A DNA stretch of 64,000 nt from Chloropicon primus (GCA_023205875.1 CP060758.1:1054001-1118000), one strand, 5' to 3'. Shown: positions 31,444-40,903, numbered from the stretch's first letter. Translations and numbers: made by a program. Notes: generated by a model not told the origin, from the sequence alone.

Positions 31444-31944
31444 GTTGTTGTTTGCTGGTGGTTTGCTGGTGTAGGTTTTGTTTGCTTTATTGCTTTGTTG
31501 CCTGGGGTGGGCGACGTGTTCGTCTCGATTATGTGGTCCCCTCTCTGTTTCGCCGGACCTATATACGCCAGGAGCCGGCCATCGCCAAAGATTTGCCATG
31601 ATTTGCCATGATTTATCCACGGCAAATTTGCTGTCCACAACAAAATTTTGCCGTAACGGGCGGGCACGGCGGAGCGGACGGGAGGGGAGAAGGAGAACCC
31701 GGGACGATGGCGATTGGGGAATGGGGAGGGGTCCCAGTCGCGGATGCCTCGTCGCCGAACGCAGGAAAACATGTCTTCTTCCGTCCCTGAACCCTGGACT
31801 TTCCTCCGCTCCATCGCCGTCCACGTGCCGATGATGGCACGGTCCCTGTCTACGGCCTCGTGCGCTGGTTCTGTCGCGCGGCGGGGGAGGTGGGGACGGA
31901 CGTGTTCCATGCCGTGAGCGCCGGCAACACATCCGGCCTAACCC

Positions 31945-32332
31945 CAAGGGCGGGCCGCACTCGACCGAGGAGGAGGAGTCCCTGTCCCTGCTCCCGAGAT
32001 CTTCCGTCAAGATTTCCGTGAATCGCTCCAGCCTGACCCTCTCGTCGGCGGCGTGCTGGTCGAAGAGGACCAGAGTGCTTCCGCAGACCGAGGCCACGAA
32101 CTTGTTGTCCACCTGACCCAGGCACAGGGCGCGGTCCAGCATCCCTCGAGTGATGCTCGCGGGCACGATGCTCGTCTCCAAGTAGCTCAGGCTCTTGATG
32201 TCTCCCACGCCAATCCCGGTCCTTCCCGCTCGGAACGCCGCATCCACTCTGAGCCTGACGGCTTCCCTCCCTCCCCCCGCGCAGCACTCGCAGGCTCCCG
32301 CTTTTGGGATCATCGCCCGGCTGCTCTTCCAC
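31945..32332 (-). repeat. 388-bp inverted duplicate of MLH3 coding segment 37882-38269
   Basis: The reverse complement matches 37882-38269 from GTGGAAGAGCAG to CCGCCCTTG. Translations in more than one frame are identical in the ORF track; includes the DQHAADERVRLE codons. Confidence 0.95.
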
Positions 32333-32691
32333 CCCTTCCTCCCCTTCGATGAGATGCTTGCTTCGCTCTCAGCGCAGAACAGGGGGCCAAGGCGTCCAAT
32401 CATCAGTCTGGAGGTTTTAGGGGAGTGTCCTTCGCCCCCAAACACGCGCACGCACAGGGAATGGGAGAGAGGGTCGGCCTCGCCTCGCCTCGCCTTGGTC
32501 GCCGGGCTCAATGGTATATATTTTTTTCACAAAAGTAATACACATTAATTACCTGGGCCAGGACGACGACGACGACGACGACGACGACGACAACCGACCG
32601 GTCGGAAGCATGCAAAGGGCTTGATCATTGGTCTTGAGATGTTATTGTTGTTCCTGCTGCGGCTGGGATCGCTCCGCGCCGTGGGGCAAAC

Positions 32692-33585
32692 CTAGCGGTC
32701 GCCATTGAAGAACTTGGGCGTGAAATGGTTGAGTCGGTCGCGCTGGGTGAGGGCACCCGTAACCGCCCCACTGTTGTTTTCAGGATCTGACGTGCCTCCG
32801 TTGTTCCCGAACTCGAAGATCTTCCTGAAGTTGTCCTGCTGCTGGAAGTTGTTCACGTTGAAGGACTCCGAGAGGACGGTTGCCGTTGCCTCGGACATGA
32901 TGGGGCCGGACACGGCATTGAGCTTGGAATCGAAGCCGTCGTACCCCCTCGTCGTCTGAATGGGTCCCTGGCCTGAGGCCTTGAAGGAACCCCTGGCCAC
33001 GCCGCCGCCGATGAAGTTCAGACCCCCAATGGGCCCGACCCCGCCGCCCGCAGTGATCTCGTTCGAGGCGCTGGTGTACTCGTTGCCCGAGCTCGTGTAC
33101 GCGGCGTTCTTGGAAATCACCGCGCCTCCGCCAGCAGTCGGCCCGCGGATGACGTTTTCCGCTATTGCCGACGCGATGGAAGCCATGACAGCCCCCCCCG
33201 GCGGAGTCCCCTTCCTGGCGAGCACGATGCCGAGATCGAGATCCTTGCCGTCCCCCTCGCCGATCAGGGGCGTGTCTCCGTGGTAGGCCAAATTCGACTG
33301 CACGGTCTTCGCTTCGTTGCCTCCATCGTCCATCGGGTCGAAGGTGAACATAACGTCCACGTTCGGTGGCGTCCCAGTCCCCTGAGCGGACGCCTGGGCG
33401 TTGTCGGACCGGGTGAAGGACGCCCCAGAGACCGAGGAGGCGCTCCTCCCCTTGTTGGAGAAGTGGCCCCTGTAGTACGGATTGCCATTCGCCAACACCT
33501 GGAAGGGAGCGGAGCTCAGGGCCAGGACAAGGGCCAGCGCCAGTCGGGTGGCGCAGTGAGAAGAAGAAGAAGAAGAAGAAGTCAT
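32692..33585 (-). CDS. Secreted Gly/Ser/Ala/Asn-rich protein, cluster member 2 (most divergent)
   Basis: ATG 33585; signal peptide RLALALVLALSSAPFQVLA; small-residue beta-like composition; no Cys in the mature part. Confidence 0.7.
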   Translation of the reverse strand: MTSSSSSSSHCATRLALALVLALSSAPFQVLANGNPYYRGHFSNKGRSASSVSGASFTRSDNAQASAQGTGTPPNVDVMFTFDPMDDGGNEAKTVQSNLAYHGDTPLIGEGDGKDLDLGIVLARKGTPPGGAVMASIASAIAENVIRGPTAGGGAVISKNAAYTSSGNEYTSASNEITAGGGVGPIGGLNFIGGGVARGSFKASGQGPIQTTRGYDGFDSKLNAVSGPIMSEATATVLSESFNVNNFQQQDNFRKIFEFGNNGGTSDPENNSGAVTGALTQRDRLNHFTPKFFNGDR

Positions 33586-33913
33586 CGTGCTTGGTCGTCG
33601 GCAACTCAGGAGATAATGGAAAGCACAATGAGAACTTTCGCGCGCCCCGATTATTATTGGAGCGAAAATGTTGGCCATGGAAAAAAAAAGGCAAACCAAG
33701 AGTCCATTGCCCCAAGCCCATTTTGCCCCTGATCGTGGCAAACAAACGACATCGACGACGAGGGAAGTAGTCCAGGGCTCATCCCGCACAGGACAGAGAT
33801 GATGGGTTTGAAACGAGAACGACCTTTTCTTTTGCATTCCAGTCATTATTCATCGTTGTTTTAAGGCGCTCGCGCGCTCGGCTCCGCTTGTCCCTCCACG
33901 TTTCGCTCCACGT

Positions 33914-34498
33914 TCAGCCCAGGGTAGTGAAATACTGGGACGGGAAGGAGGGGCTCAGGGACGGCTCCATGCGGAACAGGTAGACGAGGTCCCTGTTGCT
34001 GAAGGCTCCGGCCGACCCCGAGCTGGCCACGGCCCCGGCGGCCGTGGGCGTGGCCAGGAACGCGTCCCTTCCGTTGGAGGCGGCGTGGGCGCGCCTGCCC
34101 AAGGACGCCGCGCCGAACCTCGTGCGGGTCTCGCCACTCGGCACTCCAAAGTTGCTCATGACCGCCTCGGTCGAGGCGTCGGCCTCGGTGGCCTCCTCGT
34201 CGACGGCGTCGTGGGACGCCGCGCGAGCGTCCCCCGTGGCGAAGGACCGGGACGCCTCCCCGACCTCCGCGAGGGACCCGGAGGCCGTGGCGGAGCCGTC
34301 GTAGTGCGGGCTCGAGAAGGACCTCGCCACGTCGTCCGACACCGCCTTCGAGAAGCCCGCGTTGATCCCAAAGGACCCGTTCCAGAGCAGCCTCCTCTGC
34401 TGCTGCTGCTGCTCCTCGCACCTCGCGCCGCTCACCGCCAGCGCGGCGAGGGCCACACACCACACCAGAAGCGCCCTCCTGGTCGTCACCGTCACCAT
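33914..34498 (-). CDS. Secreted protein with RRLL propeptide, cluster member 3
   Basis: Signal ALLVWCVALAALAVSGARC, then EEQQQQQRRLL. Mature VPSGETRTRF...AASNGRDAFLATP...FPSQY aligns by eye with member 4. Confidence 0.78.
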   Translation of the reverse strand: MVTVTTRRALLVWCVALAALAVSGARCEEQQQQQRRLLWNGSFGINAGFSKAVSDDVARSFSSPHYDGSATASGSLAEVGEASRSFATGDARAASHDAVDEEATEADASTEAVMSNFGVPSGETRTRFGAASLGRRAHAASNGRDAFLATPTAAGAVASSGSAGAFSNRDLVYLFRMEPSLSPSFPSQYFTTLG

Positions 34499-35244
34499 CT
34501 CGTCGTCCTCGTCCTCAACCTCTCGTCCAACCAACCTCTCTCTCGCACCTCTTCAAGAAGTGGGTCCGTCCGTTACTCGTTCGCGCCGCGTTACTCTCTC
34601 TCTCTCTCTTGTGCGCGCGCGCGGTGATCTCCAAGCAAGGAGAGCAACAAGGGGAAAGAAGTTCAGTGCTGGTTGCGCGCGATCGTCCGTCGCCCGTCGT
34701 CGTCGTCGTCGTCGTCGTGGGAGTTCTTCCTCTTCCTCCTCTGACGACGACGACGACGACGACTGCTGGTGTGGTGGGCGCCCAAAAAAAAACAGCGCTT
34801 CACTGCTGCTGTGATTGCGATTGCCATGGCCTTGGCGTGCCGGGATCCCAAGGACAAGAAGCAAGAGCAAGATCCTCCTGGGGGGAGGGAGAGGGGGCAC
34901 TCCGGGGACCGCGACGATGGGGGGGAGCCGTTCGGAGACGTATAGTATGCCGCAGCCGGGGCTCTTGCTCCTGCATGCATTGTTGACAAGTTTGTTTTCC
35001 TTTCCTGTGAAGAGTTGTTGTAATACAAATTATGCAAAAAGTGGTTGGTTTTTTTCGTCATGCAGTCGTCGTCGTGGCGGTCTCCCCATCTCCATTTCCT
35101 CCCCATCCATCCATCCACCCGCCACCCTTAGAGCCCAGGAGAGCCCTCGCCAAAGCTTTGGCCGTCGTCGTTGTCGCGCTAGCAAGCAAGCAAGCAAAAG
35201 GGGGGGACGAGCTCGCTCGTCTCTCATCTCACCTCATCTCTTGA

Positions 35245-36399
35245 TCAGTCCCCTCCCCTTCCGAGGGCTTGGACCCAGGTGAGGCCGAAGGGTCTCACGA
35301 GCCTGCTGTTGGTGTAAAGGGCTCCCTGGAGCCCGTAATCGGAGTAGGAGGAGCCGGACTCACTCGTTCCGGTCGCTCCGGTCCAGTGGGGGGTGACGAT
35401 GGCGAGGTCCGTTCCCTCGGCGACGTCCCACCCGCCATCACCGTCGGCGGAGGCGGTGACCTCCGATCCGGAGGTGCCGCTCGGCTCGTACCACTTGGTA
35501 TTCATGTGAGCGAAGGCGTTGCTTGCGGCTTTCGTGTCAGAAGATGCCGTCTGGACATGGCTCACGGCGTTGGCCTCCCCCTCGACCTCCCCGGAGGACA
35601 CGTAGTCCACCGAGTCGGCCTCGGACGCCTTGCCGTGGGGCGAGTCGAATGAGGCGGCCGCGTTGCCGCCGTAGGCGAAGGCCCAGTCCCCGTGAGCCGA
35701 TCCGCGGGAGCCACCTTGCGTCGAGGAGAACGAATACACCGGGTAGTGAGGCTCGGCGGTCAGCAACCTCCTGCCCTGGGTCCAGTCCAGGGGGAATTGG
35801 GAGGGGAAGAGGCTCGCGACGTCGTTGAATTGGACCTGGCCGACGTGGAACAGGGCCGAGTTGGTCTTGGCTCCCTCTCCTCCTGCTTGGGCGTAGGCCC
35901 CCGACAGCTCGGGGCTGTTGAGGAACACGTCCCGCCCCTCCGAGGCGGCGAACGGGTAAACATTCCCTTCGCTGCTTGACAGGAAATTGGTCTCGGACTC
36001 TCCGTAAGGGACGTGGTGCACGTTCTGCATGTAGGCCCTGGTGTCCGTGACGGCGTTCGACACGTCCAAAATGAAGTTTCCTTCGTCGTCCAAATTCTCA
36101 AACTCGTAGGTCCTGGCCTTGGAAGTGGCCTCGGCCTCGGCGGCCCCGTCGGGCTGGGCCTGGACGTAGGACCCGCTGTTGGACAGGGATCCCGCGTAGC
36201 TCGGGATGTTCAGGGCCTGCTCCGAGTTTGCGGATACCGCACTGGCGTGGCCGTGGTTCCAAACCTTGGTCCTCGACGAGATCTGCGCCCTTGCCAATCC
36301 ATCCAGGGGCATGGGCTCATCACCGACCGAGACTGCCGCGGTAAAGGGCGCGGAGCCCAACGTCAGGGCCATCGCGATGCAGAGTGCCTTGGTGTTCAT
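35245..36399 (-). CDS. Secreted two-domain proprotein with internal GRRLL, cluster member 4
   Basis: Signal MNTKALCIAMALTLGSAPFTAA. Domain A VPYGESETNF...AASEGRDVFLNSP...FPSQF; then GRRLL; domain B YGGNAAASF...EPSGTSGS...GTDLAIVTP. Confidence 0.8.
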   Translation of the reverse strand: MNTKALCIAMALTLGSAPFTAAVSVGDEPMPLDGLARAQISSRTKVWNHGHASAVSANSEQALNIPSYAGSLSNSGSYVQAQPDGAAEAEATSKARTYEFENLDDEGNFILDVSNAVTDTRAYMQNVHHVPYGESETNFLSSSEGNVYPFAASEGRDVFLNSPELSGAYAQAGGEGAKTNSALFHVGQVQFNDVASLFPSQFPLDWTQGRRLLTAEPHYPVYSFSSTQGGSRGSAHGDWAFAYGGNAAASFDSPHGKASEADSVDYVSSGEVEGEANAVSHVQTASSDTKAASNAFAHMNTKWYEPSGTSGSEVTASADGDGGWDVAEGTDLAIVTPHWTGATGTSESGSSYSDYGLQGALYTNSRLVRPFGLTWVQALGRGGD

Positions 36400-36862
36400 G
36401 GTTTACTTCCTTGCTTGTTCGCACGAGTGCGTGCGTGTATGCGTGTATGTGTGCAAGTGTGTAAGCGTATGTGTTGGCGCCGGTGTTGGTCGCCGGGATC
36501 GGTCCGTGTTCTGTTCCCGAGTTCTGTGTCCTGCCTCCGGTCCCCTGCTTCCTTCGTTCCCCTCTGATCGCTGTTTTGCGTTTGCTGTCGCTTTCACATT
36601 CATAATTTTGGATTGCGCAATGGCGTCTGTGGTGGTCGGCCGCCGCGAGGGACGACGACGACGACGACGAGGAGGAGGAGGACGAGGAGGAGGAGAGGAC
36701 CGCTCTGTAGGTGACACCTGAGGCTGAGGATGACGCATCCCCTCATCCGAGCCTCGGGAACGAACACCAACACCAGGAGGATGACGCATCATCAACAACA
36801 ACATCATCACCACCATCAACATCGTCATCATCACCATCACTTGAGCACCAACTTGAGGGAGG

Positions 36863-38770
36863 ATGGTGGGCCAGCCTCCTCCACCGGGGAGGCTGAGGAG
36901 GGTGGACCTCAAGTCCGCGCAGTGCCTGGGGTACGGGACGCTAGCGACGTGCCAGTCGTTCGCCTCGATGGCGAGGGAGGTCGTGGAGTCGGCACTGCGG
37001 TGCTCGGCCCAACCTCCTGAGAAGAAGGAAGAGTTCGAGAGGGGCGTCCCTCTCAGAGTCAGGGTCATACTGGACGCGGACAGCCTCCGCGTCCGGGTGG
37101 ACCTGGAGGGCTTCGGCGCGGAGGCCGACGCCCTGCTCGGGGACGAGGGCCTTCGAGCCCTGACCAAGTTCGCCACCGTGTCGGTGGTGACGAGGGCGGG
37201 GGGCTCCCTGGACACGACGGAGGTCCTGTGGAAGGGGGGCGACCTCGTGGGCAGCGGGCGGAGCTCGACCTGCCGCCACAGCTACGGCTCGACCATCATC
37301 CTGAAGGACGTGCTGACGAACCTCCCGGTGAGGAGGAGGATCCTCCTGGGCGCGAGGAGGGAGAGGCACCTCGCCCAGCTCAGGCGCCACATGTTTCCCG
37401 CGATGGCGTCCAACGGCCGCGTGTCCTTCGACTTCTTCTGCGCGGGCAAGGCCGGGAGGGCGTTCGGGAGCGCCCCCGGGGCGGGCGTCCAGAGGATTCT
37501 TGTGGACACGTTCGGCCTCGATCCCAAGGCCCTTGCCCAGGTGTCCTGCGAGGCCCGAGGGGCCGCGGCTACCCTGTGCTACGCGAGGGACTGGAGGAAC
37601 CAGCACCAAGTCTTGTTCGAGCACCTGTTCGTGAACGGCAGGGAGGCCGACTGCCGGGCCGTCGCGGGCGAGGTGAAGCTGGTGGCCTCCGGCCTGTTCC
37701 GCGAGCAGGGCCTCGGCACGATCAGGGACAGGCGGAGGAGGGCCTGCTTCTCGTTCGTCCTCTCGGTGACGTGCGCCCGTGATGTCCGACAGTCGGAAGC
37801 CCTGGAGCGTGTCCTGCAGCGTGTCCTCGCGAGCTTCCAGTCCGCGGAGAGCGAAGCGAGGCGGGAGGAGGAGACCCAAAAGTGGAAGAGCAGCCGGGCG
37901 ATGATCCCAAAAGCGGGAGCCTGCGAGTGCTGCGCGGGGGGAGGGAGGGAAGCCGTCAGGCTCAGAGTGGATGCGGCGTTCCGAGCGGGAAGGACCGGGA
38001 TTGGCGTGGGAGACATCAAGAGCCTGAGCTACTTGGAGACGAGCATCGTGCCCGCGAGCATCACTCGAGGGATGCTGGACCGCGCCCTGTGCCTGGGTCA
38101 GGTGGACAACAAGTTCGTGGCCTCGGTCTGCGGAAGCACTCTGGTCCTCTTCGACCAGCACGCCGCCGACGAGAGGGTCAGGCTGGAGCGATTCACGGAA
38201 ATCTTGACGGAAGATCTCGGGAGCAGGGACAGGGACTCCTCCTCCTCGGTCGAGTGCGGCCCGCCCTTGAGGTTCCGACCCACGCTGGAGGAGATCCACG
38301 CCCTCGAGTCGTACGGAGACCGAGTCGAGCGGTGGGGCTGGCGAGCCTCCTTCTCCGAGTCCAGCAACACGGTGTCCTTGTCCTGGATCCCTTGCATCCA
38401 GGGCAGGAAGCTGACCGTGCAGGACTTCCGCCAGTACCTGCAGCAGCTGCGCCTGACGGGCGGCTCGAGCTCCATGATGCCGGACGCGATCACCTACGTC
38501 CTGGGGTCCAAGGCCTGCCGGTCGGCCCTCAAGTTCGGGGACGCCCTGTCCGCGAGCGAGTGCGAGGACCTCGTGGAGAGCCTGGCCGGCACCCGGATGC
38601 CGTTCCAGTGCGCGCACGGGAGGCCGACGTGCGCCCCCCTCATCGACCTGGCCAAGCTGGCCAGCGCGGAGAGGACGATGACGAGGGGGACGACGAGGGG
38701 GAGGCGTTTTGACATGGAGAGACTCAGGTCTTGGGGAGCGGCGGTCAACAAGAGGAGGAAGCGGGTTTAG
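36863..38770 (+). CDS. MLH3: MutL homolog MLH3 (compact, with divergent N-terminal ATPase region)
   Basis: LGQVDNKF, DQHAADERVRLE endonuclease motif, SKACRSALKFGD and PFQCAHGRPT, which are MLH3-type C-terminal motifs; GSTIILKDVLTNLPVRRR in the N-domain. Confidence 0.88.
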   Translation: MVGQPPPPGRLRRVDLKSAQCLGYGTLATCQSFASMAREVVESALRCSAQPPEKKEEFERGVPLRVRVILDADSLRVRVDLEGFGAEADALLGDEGLRALTKFATVSVVTRAGGSLDTTEVLWKGGDLVGSGRSSTCRHSYGSTIILKDVLTNLPVRRRILLGARRERHLAQLRRHMFPAMASNGRVSFDFFCAGKAGRAFGSAPGAGVQRILVDTFGLDPKALAQVSCEARGAAATLCYARDWRNQHQVLFEHLFVNGREADCRAVAGEVKLVASGLFREQGLGTIRDRRRRACFSFVLSVTCARDVRQSEALERVLQRVLASFQSAESEARREEETQKWKSSRAMIPKAGACECCAGGGREAVRLRVDAAFRAGRTGIGVGDIKSLSYLETSIVPASITRGMLDRALCLGQVDNKFVASVCGSTLVLFDQHAADERVRLERFTEILTEDLGSRDRDSSSSVECGPPLRFRPTLEEIHALESYGDRVERWGWRASFSESSNTVSLSWIPCIQGRKLTVQDFRQYLQQLRLTGGSSSMMPDAITYVLGSKACRSALKFGDALSASECEDLVESLAGTRMPFQCAHGRPTCAPLIDLAKLASAERTMTRGTTRGRRFDMERLRSWGAAVNKRRKRV

Positions 38771-38795
38771 GTTTTAGGGTTTAGGTGCCTAAACC
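38763..38795 (+). repeat. Short interstitial telomere-like tract (TTTAGG/TTTTAGGG) with inverted CCTAAACC
   Basis: GGGTTTAGGTTTTAGGGTTTAGGTGCCTAAACC, overlapping the MLH3 stop codon. Confidence 0.6.
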
Positions 38796-38873
38796 TGGGG
38801 GGGTTGTAACGTGTTTAATTTATATTTTTTTGATAAACACCTTGAAAACTTATATCATGCGCAAAATCAGCCG

Positions 38874-39566
38874 CTAGCCGTAGTGGTAGTAACTTCCGGT
38901 GATCGCGTTCACGGGGATCGAGGCGGCGAGGGAGTACCCGTTGTTCCTCAAGCTCTGAAGCTGGCCGGCGTAGGCGTGGTACTCCTTTCCGTACCCGGAC
39001 CCGGCGCTGGAGAAGCCGCCACTGAATGAAGGAGACACAAGAGAAACATCGCCACCGTGGGCGCCCTCGGTGTTCGTGTTCATCTTGCCCCTGGCACGGC
39101 CGCCGAAGAGGGTGTGGGCACTTCCAGTATTCGCCCAGTGGTCCCGCTTCTGGCTCGTCACACTCGTGGTGTGCGCGTTGCTCCCCTCGTTGCTGTTATC
39201 GGGGTCGGGGTCGCCGCTGCCGCCAATCGTCGTGGAGTTCACGACCGAATCGGTGTTGGGGCCAAAAGCTCCGAGAACGGCAGAAGCGGACTCAGTTAAT
39301 GTTGAAGACGCCGTCAGTCCGTTCAGGATCGTCGACACTGCGTTTCCTCCGATTCCCTGGACGAATCCGTTGGCTTGGACGTTGGTCCCCCCGAGCACAA
39401 CGCTGGCCTGGGGCATGAACGTCGGTTTTTGGATGTTGGGCTTGGGCGGGTCCGTCATGCCGAGCACCGGCGAAGGGGGAAGAAGAACCATTGCCGTGAT
39501 CGCGACGACGGCGAAGAGGCCAATGCCGGGCTTGGAGGCCTGGCGAGGCCGAGAGGAGTTCCACAT
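38874..39566 (-). CDS. Secreted Gly/Ser-rich protein, cluster member 5
   Basis: ATG 39566; signal GLFAVVAITAMVLLPPSPVLG. IGGNAVST, HTLFGG and FSGGFSSAGSGYG...YAGQLQSLRNN have counterparts in member 6. Confidence 0.75.
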   Translation of the reverse strand: MWNSSRPRQASKPGIGLFAVVAITAMVLLPPSPVLGMTDPPKPNIQKPTFMPQASVVLGGTNVQANGFVQGIGGNAVSTILNGLTASSTLTESASAVLGAFGPNTDSVVNSTTIGGSGDPDPDNSNEGSNAHTTSVTSQKRDHWANTGSAHTLFGGRARGKMNTNTEGAHGGDVSLVSPSFSGGFSSAGSGYGKEYHAYAGQLQSLRNNGYSLAASIPVNAITGSYYHYG

Positions 39567-39994
39567 CGTCGTCTTGTGTCGTGCTGATGCTGATGCTGAT
39601 GCTGATGCAACGGGGGTTGCGATATGGTATGCTACTAGGTTCACAAGGGTCAAAGGCAAGAGGTGAGCACAGAAGGAGAAGGAGAAGGAGAAGGATGAGA
39701 GGTTATTGCTTTGGTTCGGCATCCGCTTCCCTCGAGTTCTGACGCCCCTGTACCGCTCCAGAGTGCCATGGCCCATGAGAGCGGCAAACGTTGTGGATAA
39801 ACTTTTTTCTCGGACCAAATCTCTTTTTTTTTCCATACGGCATTCCGAATTATTTGCCACAGTAACGGAAATCAGAGCGATCGAGAAAGGGAATGGCGCC
39901 TTGGCCCTCACAGAATGCGCGCGACCGCCGGCGCCGATCACGACCAAACACAAACAATACAACCAAACAACAAAACAACCAAGCAAGCAACCAT

Positions 39995-40903
39995 ATGACT
40001 CCTTCACCACGTCGCCCTTGTCGTGGGTCGCGTCCGGCTCCTGGGAGCATGTCTTGTGTTGTTTCGCTTTCCGTCCTCCTCCTCCTGGTGGCGCTGCTGG
40101 CCGCGGGTCCTGCCCCCGTCGCGGCTGACACCGCACTCGTGCTGGGGTTCACCAGCGCGAGCCACAAGCAGGTGGACGACGACAACGGGATGACGAACTC
40201 TTCGGAGTCCGGGCACTGGAAGAGCAGCGTCGGGTCCGGGGTGATCGGAGGGAACGCCGCGTCTTCCCTCAATTACGCGGGCCTGGCCAGGACATCGTTC
40301 ACGAAGACGGGCACGGCCGGATTCCAGAACGGCAACGAGAACAACCAGGGCATGGCCCTGTCCGGCTCCCTCGCCTCCACCGGGTTGGCCTCCAGCGCGC
40401 TCACCGGGTCGAGGACCACAATGTCCAGGACCGGTGCCACGACCAACGGGAATACCCTCAACTTGTTCGGTGGCCTCTCCATCGGCAGCGGAGGCGACGG
40501 CATGGCGGCGGACAGCCTGGTCGGGAATGTGGCCAGCACTGGCGCCGAGGAGGGCCTCTTTGGCGACGACTTGGGAGGCGTGTTCGGCGGCCTGCTCGGA
40601 AGCAACCTCGGCAGCGACAGCGACGGGGCCACGGCCGAGGGCTCCAAGTCCACCGAGGGAGCCGCCGCCGTGGACGCCACGTACCACACCAACTTGTTCT
40701 CCGGTGGCCTCGTCTCTTCGGGCGCTGGGTTCGGTCAGGCGGAGTCGGCCGAGGGCTCCTTCGCCGCTTTCGCCGGGCAGTCGATGCAGGTGCAGGCGAA
40801 CAACAACTTGTACGCCATCTTCCCGTCCTACATGTTCACGCACCCCGCTCCCATCATTCACAACGGGGGTCCCGGCGATTACGGAAGGAGGCTGTTCGCG
40901 TGA
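39995..40903 (+). CDS. Secreted Gly/Ser/Ala-rich protein ending GRRLFA, cluster member 6
   Basis: Signal VVSLSVLLLLVALLAAGPAPVAA; IGGNAASS, LNLFGG, FSGGLVSSGAGFG...FAGQSMQVQANN, IFPSY. Divergently oriented to member 5; alternative ATG at 40049. Confidence 0.78.
   Translation: MTPSPRRPCRGSRPAPGSMSCVVSLSVLLLLVALLAAGPAPVAADTALVLGFTSASHKQVDDDNGMTNSSESGHWKSSVGSGVIGGNAASSLNYAGLARTSFTKTGTAGFQNGNENNQGMALSGSLASTGLASSALTGSRTTMSRTGATTNGNTLNLFGGLSIGSGGDGMAADSLVGNVASTGAEEGLFGDDLGGVFGGLLGSNLGSDSDGATAEGSKSTEGAAAVDATYHTNLFSGGLVSSGAGFGQAESAEGSFAAFAGQSMQVQANNNLYAIFPSYMFTHPAPIIHNGGPGDYGRRLFA

Noticed and set aside
31591..31610. RFX X-box interpretation of TTGCCATG
   Set aside because: Only half-sites without the full GTTGCCATGGCAAC palindrome, and RFX factors are not known from green algae; kept only as an unassigned motif.
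31945..38269. DNA transposon with terminal inverted repeats
   Set aside because: The arms are MLH3 coding sequence; no transposase is present and no target-site duplication was seen.
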